Shown piece after piece: positions 10,180-19,556 of a stretch of DNA of 64,000 nt. This stretch comes from a virus. Location of the stretch: IMG/VR virus record IMGVR_UViG_3300028394_000042. One strand, given 5' to 3'. The stretch's first letter is position 1; every line of letters begins with the position of its first letter. The notes beneath the pieces are model-generated. The model saw only the letters and a list, made by a program, of their open reading frames with translations, did no database searches and was not told the origin of the DNA. Both the position numbers and the translations under genes were made by a program.

Positions 10180-10475
10180 ACAACACCCTTAGACGGTTGC
10201 TGAAACTCGACAATCACACGCAAGAGCACAGTACACGCCTCTACGCCATCTTTGCAATCTTCTGCAGAAAGACGGTCGCGAAGATTGGTGACCGCAACAA
10301 TGTCGTTCACCAGATTTACGGCAATGGACGGCTGCACAACAGGCGCAGTAGCTGCGGCTGGAACACCCACATTAGCGCCAAAAAGCTTGCGAATGATAGC
10401 GCCGATCTGTGCGCGATACACAAGAAACACGGCTACGGCAAACAAACCAGCGCAGATAAGTTGGAACTCAGTCAT
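10176..10475 (-). CDS. small membrane protein
   Basis: N-terminal TM; coupled ORF. Confidence 0.65.
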   Translation of the reverse strand: MTEFQLICAGLFAVAVFLVYRAQIGAIIRKLFGANVGVPAAATAPVVQPSIAVNLVNDIVAVTNLRDRLSAEDCKDGVEACTVLLRVIVEFQQPSKGVV

Positions 10476-10509
10476 GGTAACTCCAGTTTAAGACAGGTGC
10501 TGTAGTGTA

Positions 10510-11322
10510 TCAGGTTTGCGGAACAAGGACATATGGCCGCCCGTTAATCAACAACGTGCCGTGAATTTGGGGCGCAGCGTCTTTTGTAATTGGGTAACGT
10601 TCGGTGCGGGGGCCGTACAACTTCACAATTTCTTCAATGTCGCCCGTCTGCGGCTTTGTCATGTTCGGGTCGTAGTAGGGCGCCATGAGATTACCGGAAT
10701 TCAAGTGCGGCAGCCCCAAGGCGTGGCCCAGCTCGTGGCAGATCACAGCCACTGCCATGTTGAAACTCCACGACTCAGCCTCGTCAAACATCTGGTCGAG
10801 CTGGATATTTGGCGCTACGCCGCACGGTAACTCACTCCACGCGAGCGTCCCGCCTTTGTTATCTAAACCGTGTTTCGCACCCATGCCAGACCGCGCATAG
10901 ATGTTAGCCAAGCTCTGGTTGTCGACCCGGACGGGGTCTATGTTGCACACCTCTGCCCACTGCGAAAACGCGATGTCGTAGGCTTGCGCGATCTGTTCTT
11001 TGTTCAGACCGGGCAGATTGATCTCGTGGAAGTAGGCTATCTTCTCCATAGGCCACTTGCAGATCTCGCCACCCGGGGCTGTGATATTGAAATCAGGCAG
11101 CCCGCAGCGTGGCCGGTTAATCCGGTGCGCTGTCTTAGGGCCGACCTTGCCAGTGGGGTCCAGACCGTTGAACTCCTGATAAGCCTTGATGGCTTTCTGG
11201 AGTTCTGGGCCTGAAATCTTTTTCACTGCGGCCATCGACTTGTCGCCAAAGTACCCAAGCCCGTGCAAGCGCTTTAAGATATCTAAGACGGGGATGACGT
11301 GCTCAAACGGTTTGCGTGCCAT
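10510..11322 (-). CDS. matrixin (M10) zinc metallopeptidase with PG-binding domain and cysteine switch
   Basis: AIKAYQEFNGLDPTGKVG (PG_binding_1-like), PRCGLPD, HELGHALGLPH, Met-turn LMAPYY. Confidence 0.9.
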   Translation of the reverse strand: MARKPFEHVIPVLDILKRLHGLGYFGDKSMAAVKKISGPELQKAIKAYQEFNGLDPTGKVGPKTAHRINRPRCGLPDFNITAPGGEICKWPMEKIAYFHEINLPGLNKEQIAQAYDIAFSQWAEVCNIDPVRVDNQSLANIYARSGMGAKHGLDNKGGTLAWSELPCGVAPNIQLDQMFDEAESWSFNMAVAVICHELGHALGLPHLNSGNLMAPYYDPNMTKPQTGDIEEIVKLYGPRTERYPITKDAAPQIHGTLLINGRPYVLVPQT

Positions 11323-11346
11323 GTGTGCGTCCTTGCATAGCGTGGG

Positions 11347-11754
11347 TTATTGCGCTTCTTCCTGCGCTATCGCAATCAGAGCGTCAAGCGCAGCGTCATC
11401 GGCAGATTCGCTGATGTCGTACAACGCCGTCAAAATAGGATTCGGCTTAGTCTTGCTAACCGCATGCCCCGCAAACTTCTCGCTGTACAGAGCGTTCATT
11501 CGCCGCCGCAGCCGGATAAGTTTTCTCGGCGGCAGCGTGCGAATGTCTCGAATGCTCTGCTTCAGGTCTTTGGGCTTGTTGGGATTGCAGTACATAAACA
11601 ACTGCACACAAATCGAAATGATCGTGATGATCGTAATCGGATCGAACTGCGCCGATTGCTCAGACTGAAAATCAAGCTCATCAGCTAGCTTGTTCTTCAG
11701 CGCTTTAAGCTCCGGCGTAGCGTCGATCCTACGTTGCAGTTCGGTAAGCTCCAT
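11347..11754 (-). CDS. hypothetical protein with one hydrophobic segment
   Basis: ORF in operon; FDPITIITIISICVQLF segment. Confidence 0.65.
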   Translation of the reverse strand: MELTELQRRIDATPELKALKNKLADELDFQSEQSAQFDPITIITIISICVQLFMYCNPNKPKDLKQSIRDIRTLPPRKLIRLRRRMNALYSEKFAGHAVSKTKPNPILTALYDISESADDAALDALIAIAQEEAQ

Positions 11755-11757
11755 GGC

Positions 11758-12135
11758 TCAGCCCTGCCGCGCTTGCATACGCTCAACAGCCTGCATACGC
11801 TCAACAGCCACGATTTCCATGAGCTTGTACCGCGACTCAATCAGCTTGAGCTTTACGGCAGTCCGCCCAGAGATGTACTTCCAGATCAGCGCACTATTGA
11901 GCACAAGAATTTGTGTCGCGCCAACAACAGCAGTCACAGCCTTAAGCACAGTGTCAGCGTCAGACTGGTTGATCCAACCCAACATGACGGCCACGGCTAC
12001 CAAGTTGGCCACGGCGCCAGCGGCCATAGTCCAGAACTCAGCCGTCAACCAGCTTCCGCCGGTGTCTTGGGCTGTATCAGCCACAGTGTTGTTCAAAACG
12101 CGCAGCTCTTCACGGGCGGTATCGATAGCTTGCAT
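11758..12135 (-). CDS. holin-like two-TM protein
   Basis: two TM helices, WLTAEFW motif, upstream of peptidase genes. Confidence 0.5.
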   Translation of the reverse strand: MQAIDTAREELRVLNNTVADTAQDTGGSWLTAEFWTMAAGAVANLVAVAVMLGWINQSDADTVLKAVTAVVGATQILVLNSALIWKYISGRTAVKLKLIESRYKLMEIVAVERMQAVERMQARQG

Positions 12136-12166
12136 GGCAATGCTCCTAGAGTTAGTGGGTAACTCT

Positions 12167-12195
12167 ATTGTGCCAAAGCAGGCAAGCTAGCGCAA
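12167..12195 (-). promoter_or_regulatory. possible sigma70-type promoter
   Basis: TTGCGC-N17-CACAAT upstream of the envelope/lysis block. Confidence 0.35.
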
Positions 12196-12204
12196 CACAA
12201 CTAG

Positions 12205-13233
12205 CTATCGCGCGCCAAAAAGCGGCGGAATTATGGCGTGCATCATGCCGCCCCACAAACCCATGTCTTGTAACTTATTCTGGCCCTCGGGTGTTAACCC
12301 GGCCATTGCCGACAGCGCCCGGCCAGCTATGTTAGCTGTGGCTAACCCAACGCCCGCTGACGCAATCCCGTGAATGACGTCAATTGGCCTGATAATAGGC
12401 GACCGCTGGCTGGCGCCGATACCAGACATAAGGCCGGTAGCTGCTGCAGCATATTGCGGCGGCGTATGTGTTTGAAAGCCGTTGGCAAAGCCGCGCTGCA
12501 CATCGTTCCACGCGGCTTGATTGAACTGCGATACGTGCACGTTAGGCTGGTACAGCGGCATTCCCGGGTAAGCGCCAGTGTCGTCATACGACATAGCAGC
12601 TTTTTCTGGTAACTGCTCGTGCGGATATTCAAACGGCGTGTCGTTGCGCGTGACTAACCCCTTAAGCATGCTTGTGCGCATAGCTTTGGCGTTCGAATAC
12701 GCGTTGACGCCGCCAGTTGCCAGCCCGCCAAGCGCGCCAATCATGCCGAGCGTCCGACGTAGTTTACCGCGCTGTATATAACGTTCTGGAAACAGCTGCT
12801 CCGCCAGCGCGCCAGCGCCGTAGCCAAGCCCGCCAGCCAGCAGGCCGGTCATAAGCCCATTGGATAGCGGCGTCGGGCCACCAAGCATGGCAGTTCCAGT
12901 ATTCCACACTGCTGGCAACCCGGGCACTACAGAACCGCGCTTGATAATAATCTCTTTGTCCCAGTCCGGGGTCGTGGCGGCAAACGTCGTCATAACAGGC
13001 GTTTTACCAAGCAGTTCGGCAAGCTTGATCCGGGCGCTATCAGTCGGAAGCGTTGGCCCGTAAACGGTAATTTGATTTGCGCTTGGCGCCCATGTAGCCA
13101 CGCTAGTAGACAGCAAATCAACAGCAACAGCCGCGCGCTCGTAGGCTAGCTTCACGGTAAATGCGTACGGCAGCAGTTCTGCTACGCGCGCAGGCACCAG
13201 TCGCCATTCGTAGAACGTAGCTGTATTTGCCAT
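12205..13233 (-). CDS. Gly/Ala-rich multi-TM putative virion protein
   Basis: glycine-zipper segments; KLA and KAA motifs. Confidence 0.7.
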   Translation of the reverse strand: MANTATFYEWRLVPARVAELLPYAFTVKLAYERAAVAVDLLSTSVATWAPSANQITVYGPTLPTDSARIKLAELLGKTPVMTTFAATTPDWDKEIIIKRGSVVPGLPAVWNTGTAMLGGPTPLSNGLMTGLLAGGLGYGAGALAEQLFPERYIQRGKLRRTLGMIGALGGLATGGVNAYSNAKAMRTSMLKGLVTRNDTPFEYPHEQLPEKAAMSYDDTGAYPGMPLYQPNVHVSQFNQAAWNDVQRGFANGFQTHTPPQYAAAATGLMSGIGASQRSPIIRPIDVIHGIASAGVGLATANIAGRALSAMAGLTPEGQNKLQDMGLWGGMMHAIIPPLFGAR

Positions 13234-13545
13234 TCACTTACCCGACAGCGCCATAAAAAGGTGCAACATGAACCGAACAAACACGACCAGCCACGCCAAT
13301 GCGCCGCTAATAGCTAAAAAAACGACTACGCTCGTGGCCGTGAGCGCCGGAAACAGCTTGTGTACGGGGATAGTCTTGAACAGCTGCCACGCCCGAATGT
13401 AACCCAGTGGGCCGGCTGGCTTAGTTGGCTCTGGCTCTGGTACTGGTGTTGGGCCGGGAGCTGGTTTTGGCTTGGGCTTAAACCAGTCTACAAGTCCGCC
13501 AAGAATAGGCCGCACTGGCTTGCCGTCTTTTTCAGTGTCAACCAT
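13234..13545 (-). CDS. small membrane protein with a Pro-rich linker
   Basis: PKPKPAPGPTP linker, C-terminal TM. Confidence 0.6.
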   Translation of the reverse strand: MVDTEKDGKPVRPILGGLVDWFKPKPKPAPGPTPVPEPEPTKPAGPLGYIRAWQLFKTIPVHKLFPALTATSVVVFLAISGALAWLVVFVRFMLHLFMALSGK

Positions 13546-15073
13546 TTTTGCGCCCACCTAAGTTTTTCAATGAGTCAAAGATATCATTACCGTACATTTG
13601 CGTCGCTTTGTCCAGCGGGTTCATCTGCGGCAGCGTTCCGTGTACAGCAGCCAACGCCATTTGATATCTATACTGCGGGTCGAGCTGCGTGCGGTACATG
13701 TGCATGTTCTGCCGCGAGTTCAAAATGAAATCGCCGCGCTGCTTTGCTTTTGACAAGTGATCCATGACGTTGGCAAACACTGGCTTAGCGTTGTCGTACA
13801 CAAGCGGGTGCTGGAAGTTCATCAGATTTGCAAACTGCTGTGCGTACACGCTGCCGTCTGTGTTGGGCACATTGAAAGCCGCTTTTACGCCGCTTGGAAT
13901 AGTCGTCGGGTCAGTGTGGAACCGGAACTTGGTCGGCATGTGCGTAATGCCCTTGAACTTGGGCGCGTCGTCGTCGATCTGCCAGTCTTGCGGCGACTGC
14001 GACATAAGCTTCCTGAGAATCTGCGCCTTGTGGCCGTAACGCTTGTTGTCAGAGTGATTCTTGGCCGCGAGCAATTCTTCGATGATCTGCGCGCGGGAAA
14101 GCTTCTCTATGAGCTTTTCTTTTGCGTAGTAGGCGGGGTCACTGGACAGGTGATCCTTGGCAATTTCTTTGGCGATTTGATCATTGTCTGTGTGTTCGTG
14201 TTCATCGGCTTGTCCTTCTGCGAGGGCTTTTGAAGAAAAATCCCGGTCGGGAACATTATCAGCTTTTCCACCATGTAACAGGTCTTTTGTTACCGTGCGG
14301 GAAAGTGTGTTAGAGTGCTGTATTTCAGCAGTAGATGCAGCTTTACACCTGCCACAGCCCGTTTTTTTGCATACGCATGTTTCAGGGCACGTGCACGGGC
14401 CAGAACAACCGCACTCGTATGTTGTGTCTGTAGCCGCGGCTGCTTTCAGCTCGCCACGACTGGAACTCTGCATAGGCATACCGTCATCGGTGGCGTTGCC
14501 CTTGCTTATGCCGTTGGGCTGCAGCACGTTTTTACGGCGCGCGGCAATTGTGATGTGAAACTGGTGGTCGCCGTTAGGCATGGGTGACAGGCCGTAGCTC
14601 TTGCGCAGCGCTGTAAGCCCGGGCGCAGTCACGGTCATCACCCAGACTTTGCTGACGTTGCCAGCTTTGGGCGTGAACTCTTCAAGCTTGCCCAGTGAGT
14701 AATGAAACGTGTGGCCGCGCTCGTTGATCTTGTCTGGGCCAATCTTTTCAACTTCTTCGGCAGACATGACAGAGATATGCGCGTTCATTACGTCTGGCTT
14801 GTCGTCGTCGAGGCCCCACACGCCTTTTGTGGGAAGCTCTGCGCCCGGGGCTGTCATGGCGTCAAACAAGCCACGGACAAACGCATTGGGGACAGACAAG
14901 AGCAGCCAATTGGACTTAGACAGATACAGCCGGCCTGAAAACGCGTGGTTTGTGCTGGCCTGCTTGTCGCCCCGGTACAGCCAACCGAAGGCGTTGCCGG
15001 CTACATAGGCCGGATGCTCTCTGAGATATGCCGGATCCCATGCCAAGGGATCGAGGGCTGATAGGCTGTCCAT
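13538..15073 (-). CDS. multidomain protein: 2H-phosphoesterase + Cys-rich segment + DUF5661-like + further domains
   Basis: AHISV and FHITI (two HxS/T motifs); CGCSGPCTCPETCVC; EHEHTD..IAKEIAKDHL..DPAYY. Confidence 0.75.
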   Translation of the reverse strand: MDSLSALDPLAWDPAYLREHPAYVAGNAFGWLYRGDKQASTNHAFSGRLYLSKSNWLLLSVPNAFVRGLFDAMTAPGAELPTKGVWGLDDDKPDVMNAHISVMSAEEVEKIGPDKINERGHTFHYSLGKLEEFTPKAGNVSKVWVMTVTAPGLTALRKSYGLSPMPNGDHQFHITIAARRKNVLQPNGISKGNATDDGMPMQSSSRGELKAAAATDTTYECGCSGPCTCPETCVCKKTGCGRCKAASTAEIQHSNTLSRTVTKDLLHGGKADNVPDRDFSSKALAEGQADEHEHTDNDQIAKEIAKDHLSSDPAYYAKEKLIEKLSRAQIIEELLAAKNHSDNKRYGHKAQILRKLMSQSPQDWQIDDDAPKFKGITHMPTKFRFHTDPTTIPSGVKAAFNVPNTDGSVYAQQFANLMNFQHPLVYDNAKPVFANVMDHLSKAKQRGDFILNSRQNMHMYRTQLDPQYRYQMALAAVHGTLPQMNPLDKATQMYGNDIFDSLKNLGGRKNG

Positions 15074-15242
15074 GTCGTGCTGGCCTGTTGTTAGGGGCGC
15101 CTAGTTTGGCGCGGCGTACGCTGGTTTGGCATTACCGCTTACCTGTGCGTCATGCTGTTTGTGGGCCGCAGCCGCAAACGCTGAAAACAACAGCATGGCG
15201 CAGCAGAACAGGGACGCCACCCACGCCATGACGCTCAATTGC

Positions 15243-15599
15243 TTACGAATCGTGATGCTCATGCTTTGGCTCCTCGATGTGTTCGCGTTCATGGACAATC
15301 GTGACTTTGATGCCTGAGCCAGCCAGTAAAGATATCAATAAGTCAGTCAACGTTGAACCACCCATGCCAGCGAGTACGCAAACGCCAATCAAGCCATATA
15401 CGTTCTCGGCTTTCCTGTAGTTTTGGTACCAAAGCAACGCAATCGCTAACCCCATGAACCCGGCGTTAAGCATGGCGCTGACTACAGCTAGTTTAGAGAG
15501 TTTCTTGGCAAACCGCAAAAGCGTAGCCAGACCCGCAAACGCAGCTGCGCCAAACGCGCTGACGAACACACCCAGCGATGTAGAAAGCTCGTCGCTCAT
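15243..15599 (-). CDS. holin-like three-TM protein
   Basis: three TM helices, charged C-terminus. Confidence 0.55.
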   Translation of the reverse strand: MSDELSTSLGVFVSAFGAAAFAGLATLLRFAKKLSKLAVVSAMLNAGFMGLAIALLWYQNYRKAENVYGLIGVCVLAGMGGSTLTDLLISLLAGSGIKVTIVHEREHIEEPKHEHHDS

Positions 15600-15654
15600 G
15601 GTATTTAACTTCTTTGCTACGCTGTGTTTACGTCAACCAGATTAATTATACAAA

Positions 15655-15874
15655 TGCACCAAAAGCCCTTGCGATCCCCTTCCGCAAGTCCAGTTTCAAC
15701 CGAAGTCGAAAATCCACGGCGACTTACAAAGGCGCTAAGCGCCTCGTGTGGCATTCGCCGTTCCTCCACCCGCGCGCTCGACAAAATCTGACCGCGGAAC
15801 CTGTAAAGCCATTGGCATCCCTGCCGCAGACAATACGCCTAACCAGCCGGCCACCACGACTAACTTTTGGTGCA
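15655..15874. ncRNA. candidate structured non-coding RNA (~220 nt)
   Basis: perfect 11-bp closing inverted repeat (TGCACCAAAAG / CTTTTGGTGCA) with internal hairpins, in an intergenic gap. Confidence 0.4.
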
Positions 15875-15957
15875 CTTCAAGTTTAGCAAATTCATACCCC
15901 ACTACAGAGTACGAACCCAGACCAGCAAATTGTCAAAGAACACTGCGAATTACGCGC

Positions 15958-16416
15958 CTAAATATAGCGTGCCGGCTCATTGCTGCACAGGCCAGCCGGC
16001 TCGTGGTCGAAAAGCCAGTTGCTGTCAGCCATTTCGGGGAACACAGCGATAGAACGCGGGGCTAACTCACGAGGCGGCAGGGTCCAGATAAACTGCGAGC
16101 TGGTCAGGGTCAGCGGCGACTCTGTAGCTAGCACAGCATGCGCGCCAATGTTGCACAGCGCGTCTAGCGTTTCGGCGTTCTGGCACCGGCTCCACACGCG
16201 ATGCTTTGAAAAGAAACTGGGTGGAACTGGTGTAAAACCGCTGGCGTGCGGCAAAAGAAAACCGCCACTCCTGAACACGACGTCCACGCATATGTGCCAG
16301 CCAGCTTTGAGCGCTTCTTGGAGATATTTCAGCGTGTTTTCCTGCTCTGGAATGCGCCCGTTGATGTTGCCCAAGTGTGAGATGATAATCCCGTCAAACC
16401 TCTGATTTTGTGCCAT
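15958..16416 (-). CDS. GDPD/PLC-like phosphodiesterase homolog, probably degenerate
   Basis: IISHLGN..ENT..AL..G..VDV resembles the GDPD N-terminal pattern IAHRG..ENT..E.DV. Confidence 0.55.
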   Translation of the reverse strand: MAQNQRFDGIIISHLGNINGRIPEQENTLKYLQEALKAGWHICVDVVFRSGGFLLPHASGFTPVPPSFFSKHRVWSRCQNAETLDALCNIGAHAVLATESPLTLTSSQFIWTLPPRELAPRSIAVFPEMADSNWLFDHEPAGLCSNEPARYI

Positions 16417-16548
16417 ACAACCGTCCTTGTTGCAAATAAAAACGCCCGGTGGTTCCCTCGCTTTCATCCTTGTCGGAGAGCGCTGGGCCGGGCGATGTAC
16501 TGTGGCTTTGTATGGTACTGAACTGGCCTCAACCTGTCCACAATTTGA

Positions 16549-17559
16549 TCAGAGAATTTTGGCCGCAATCAGACAGCCGCGGACAACAGCGTGCAGCGGG
16601 TCATTGGCGTGCCGAACTTCTTTCACAGCCAATGGAAAACCGTTCTCTTCCAGCTTGACTTTGAACATCTCGACAAAGCCCTTGGCCTGCGTTGTGCCGC
16701 CTGCCAAAGAGATCACAAGGGGCGCCGTGAACTTGGGCAAAGACTTGTGCCCCTTGAGCGCCGCAGCCAGTTGCTTGACCGTGTAGTCAATAAGCCGTTC
16801 GTAGTAGGCGCTCACAGCTGACAGCACCGGATTGTCGTTCTGCTCGCCAATCACAAACGTGCCGTGCTCTTTCTCAGCTTGAACTACCGAATCTGACTCG
16901 GCAGTTGCGACAGCGGTCATGCGGTCGATCCAGTCGCCCGAGCGTGTCGTCGAGAACAGCACTGTGGGCTCGCCGTTGAGCATTACGCACACGTTGACCA
17001 TACCTGCGCCCCACGAGAGCCCAATGCCCGTGTAGTCGTCATTTTCGAGCTCTGAGTAGCACAGCGCTTCAGCCTCGTTGATAGCGCGCGGGCTGTACCC
17101 GACGCCGGTTAAGATAGCTTTAACAGTGTCCTCGTGGTAGCCAACGTCAAAGTCTTCGTCGCCCTTGTCTACAGGCTGCGCTGGAATACAGAACACGATC
17201 TTCTCGTCGGGCTCTGTGGCTTGGCCGGCTACTTCCTGCAGAATGAAAGCCAGCACGCGCTTGGCGTCTTTCTCTTTGGGAGAAACTACGCCGCGGTACA
17301 TCGGGCGCTTGGCCGAGTCATTGCGCTCTACAGCTTTCTCGATAGCGTCTTGGCCCAGCAAAATAAAGCTTCCGTCGCTGTCTTTGACGAAGACTTTACC
17401 AGTCAGGCCCTTTTCGATCATCTTCGTGGCCACAGGCGTCGTGGGTTTGATCACGTAGAAAGCATCGCGGAAGTCTTTGTAGGCGATGTTCGCGTTGTTC
17501 TCAGTGCTGTCTTGGGCCAGCACGATAAAAGAAGTACCGACGTCTAAACCTTTGGCCAT
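16549..17559 (-). CDS. actin-like ATPase (MreB/MamK/FtsA superfamily)
   Basis: GLDVGTS (phosphate 1), INEAEA (connect 1), SWGAGMVN (phosphate 2), LAGGT (adenosine), AVVRGC (connect 2). Confidence 0.85.
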   Translation of the reverse strand: MAKGLDVGTSFIVLAQDSTENNANIAYKDFRDAFYVIKPTTPVATKMIEKGLTGKVFVKDSDGSFILLGQDAIEKAVERNDSAKRPMYRGVVSPKEKDAKRVLAFILQEVAGQATEPDEKIVFCIPAQPVDKGDEDFDVGYHEDTVKAILTGVGYSPRAINEAEALCYSELENDDYTGIGLSWGAGMVNVCVMLNGEPTVLFSTTRSGDWIDRMTAVATAESDSVVQAEKEHGTFVIGEQNDNPVLSAVSAYYERLIDYTVKQLAAALKGHKSLPKFTAPLVISLAGGTTQAKGFVEMFKVKLEENGFPLAVKEVRHANDPLHAVVRGCLIAAKIL

Positions 17560-17560
17560 G

Positions 17561-17896
17561 TCATTTTCCTTTGAGCTGCGCAAGTTTCGAGATCGAAGAA
17601 GTTATATCATCCTGTGTTTCTGTCGTTTTGCCAAGTGAAACAGGCTGGGTTTTTGCCATAGACGCGGTGCTTATCTTCGAGACAAACGTGCGGTCGTCTA
17701 TCGATATCTGGTTAGCTGGCGCTGTAACGACAGGCGCAGTTCGCTCTGGTTCGCGGGCTTTGCCGTCTGTTAGCCAACTTGACGCTGGTTGTACAGGATG
17801 CGAGCAAGCCACGTCGAGCCGGCCGATGACGTAGCCTACAATCCCGCCGACGAGCAACAACAGAAAGCTGGTCGCGTACTGGTTGTACAGCTCCAT
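17561..17896 (-). CDS. single-TM protein coupled to the actin-like gene
   Basis: N-terminal TM; stop is 1 nt before the actin ATG. Confidence 0.65.
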   Translation of the reverse strand: MELYNQYATSFLLLLVGGIVGYVIGRLDVACSHPVQPASSWLTDGKAREPERTAPVVTAPANQISIDDRTFVSKISTASMAKTQPVSLGKTTETQDDITSSISKLAQLKGK

Positions 17897-17904
17897 AGAT
17901 GTGC

Positions 17905-18525
17905 TTAGCCTTTGCGCCAGCCCTTGTGTTGGTGTCGTGTGCCCCGTGTGACGCACCGCATGTTTGCCCTATTTAAGCCGTGTTTCTTGCAGAACTGCCT
18001 CATGTTTACGGCTGTTATGCGCTCACCGGCTGGCGAAATGAGCTTACACACGCTGGCTGTCTGTGCTGCGCGGGTCTTGCCGCCCTTTTTACCGCCAGCA
18101 GAAGAATGTGCGCTGTGCTCTGCTGTTGTCATGCGGCTAAACCCAGAGCCGCCCGCAAGAGACCGCGCATATGCCTGCTTGCGCTGCGCTTCTGTCAGGA
18201 TAAACCGCCCGCGCACGTTGCGGTTCAGGCACAGCTTCAGGCCGTCGTTCATCATGGCGTCTTTGATAAGCGTTTCTTCAGCGCGCCACAAAGCCTGCGC
18301 GTTTCGCTTATTCGCCAGCACGTATCGGCACTTTAACACGACTTTCAACGCATTTCGCTGGTACTCAGGGTGGCCGGGCGTGTTGTACTTCTTGAACGTA
18401 ACCATAGAGCCAAAATACGCATGGTCATCAACCGGGCTGCGCGCCGTAATGCGCGAGCCGTAGTACACACGATGCGCTATGTCAGGGTAGACAATCGCGT
18501 ACGTGTAATGCCACCGCTTTTGCAT
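17905..18525 (-). CDS. putative GIY-YIG-like homing endonuclease
   Basis: YTYAI..YYGS N-terminus; C-terminal NMRQFCKKHGL..HKGW NUMOD-like DNA-binding module. Confidence 0.6.
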   Translation of the reverse strand: MQKRWHYTYAIVYPDIAHRVYYGSRITARSPVDDHAYFGSMVTFKKYNTPGHPEYQRNALKVVLKCRYVLANKRNAQALWRAEETLIKDAMMNDGLKLCLNRNVRGRFILTEAQRKQAYARSLAGGSGFSRMTTAEHSAHSSAGGKKGGKTRAAQTASVCKLISPAGERITAVNMRQFCKKHGLNRANMRCVTRGTRHQHKGWRKG

Positions 18526-18632
18526 ACACTGACTCCATTCAGTGTGGCTCGCAGTGTAACCAGATCCATCTAGTTACTGCCGACTAGTTTACTTTGTCGG
18601 CACCCGGTTGACCTAGTTACAGCAAACAGCGG

Positions 18633-19280
18633 TCATTTCATTGTGACGGTCAGCGGCGCTTTGTATTGCTTCAGGTAGCGCTTGTATACCACAGGGTTTG
18701 GGTTCTCTACCGTAGGTATGCTGCTGGCTTCTTCTGGCGTAGCGATGACTTGGTGTACAGCTTCGCCAGAAAGTGTGTCGCACCAGACTACGTTTTCAAG
18801 CTTAAGCCCGTCAGCGTCGTGGATAACAGCCACGTCTGGGATCTCGCTCGCCCTGCCTGCGTCAAAGATCATTTCTCGTCTCCTGTGTTTTTCTGGCGCG
18901 TCCAACTCAAACATTTTGATAACTAAGTCCAAAGCTACTGCACACATGACTTCCAGCGCTGTATCTGACTGGCACTCTGGGCACGTACGCTTGTGCTCTT
19001 CCAGCTGCTTTTCAAGAGCGGCAATATCCGCGTCTAGTCTAGCTTTTTTATCTTGCTCAAAAGCGGCAAGCACGTGATCTGGAAGCCGGCCGATCAATTT
19101 TGTTTCTCGATCTTTATCGTCCATGGTTTCTTCAGCTTTCATTCTGGCCACACGGGAGGAGATATGCGCGTCTAGTCTAGCTCTAGCGAGTGCGCTGGCG
19201 TCCGGCGCCATAGCCTTCCTAAAAGCAACGAGGGTCTCGCGGGTGAAACCACCGGCAAACTCATCTTGGTTGTCTGGCAT
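18633..19280 (-). CDS. hypothetical protein
   Basis: GGAG RBS; CxxC motif; C-terminus similar in style to 22106-22453 (WC.T.GEA.H). Confidence 0.6.
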   Translation of the reverse strand: MPDNQDEFAGGFTRETLVAFRKAMAPDASALARARLDAHISSRVARMKAEETMDDKDRETKLIGRLPDHVLAAFEQDKKARLDADIAALEKQLEEHKRTCPECQSDTALEVMCAVALDLVIKMFELDAPEKHRRREMIFDAGRASEIPDVAVIHDADGLKLENVVWCDTLSGEAVHQVIATPEEASSIPTVENPNPVVYKRYLKQYKAPLTVTMK

Positions 19281-19289
19281 CTGTGTCTC

Positions 19290-19556
19290 CTACAAAAAAT
19301 CCGCTTCAAGTAACTTACGCCGCGCAACGGGGTCACTTGGAAGCGTCGCCATGGCTAGTGCAGTGGCATCTATTTTACCTTGCGCATATTGCGCAAAAGC
19401 AACACGCACGGAACTAGTATAAAAAAAGTTTACAGGGCCGCTTTCTTTTACGAGTTCACCAAGCCGTTGAGTGCCACTTCTGGCACTTAACTCGTCTTTT
19501 TTGTCGCAAGGTGCCAACTCTGTCACTTTATCGGCCATAGTTTCCTCAGCTTTCAT
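19290..19556 (-). CDS. hypothetical protein
   Basis: ATGA overlap with the upstream gene; shares MKAEETM with 18633-19280. Confidence 0.5.
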   Translation of the reverse strand: MKAEETMADKVTELAPCDKKDELSARSGTQRLGELVKESGPVNFFYTSSVRVAFAQYAQGKIDATALAMATLPSDPVARRKLLEADFL

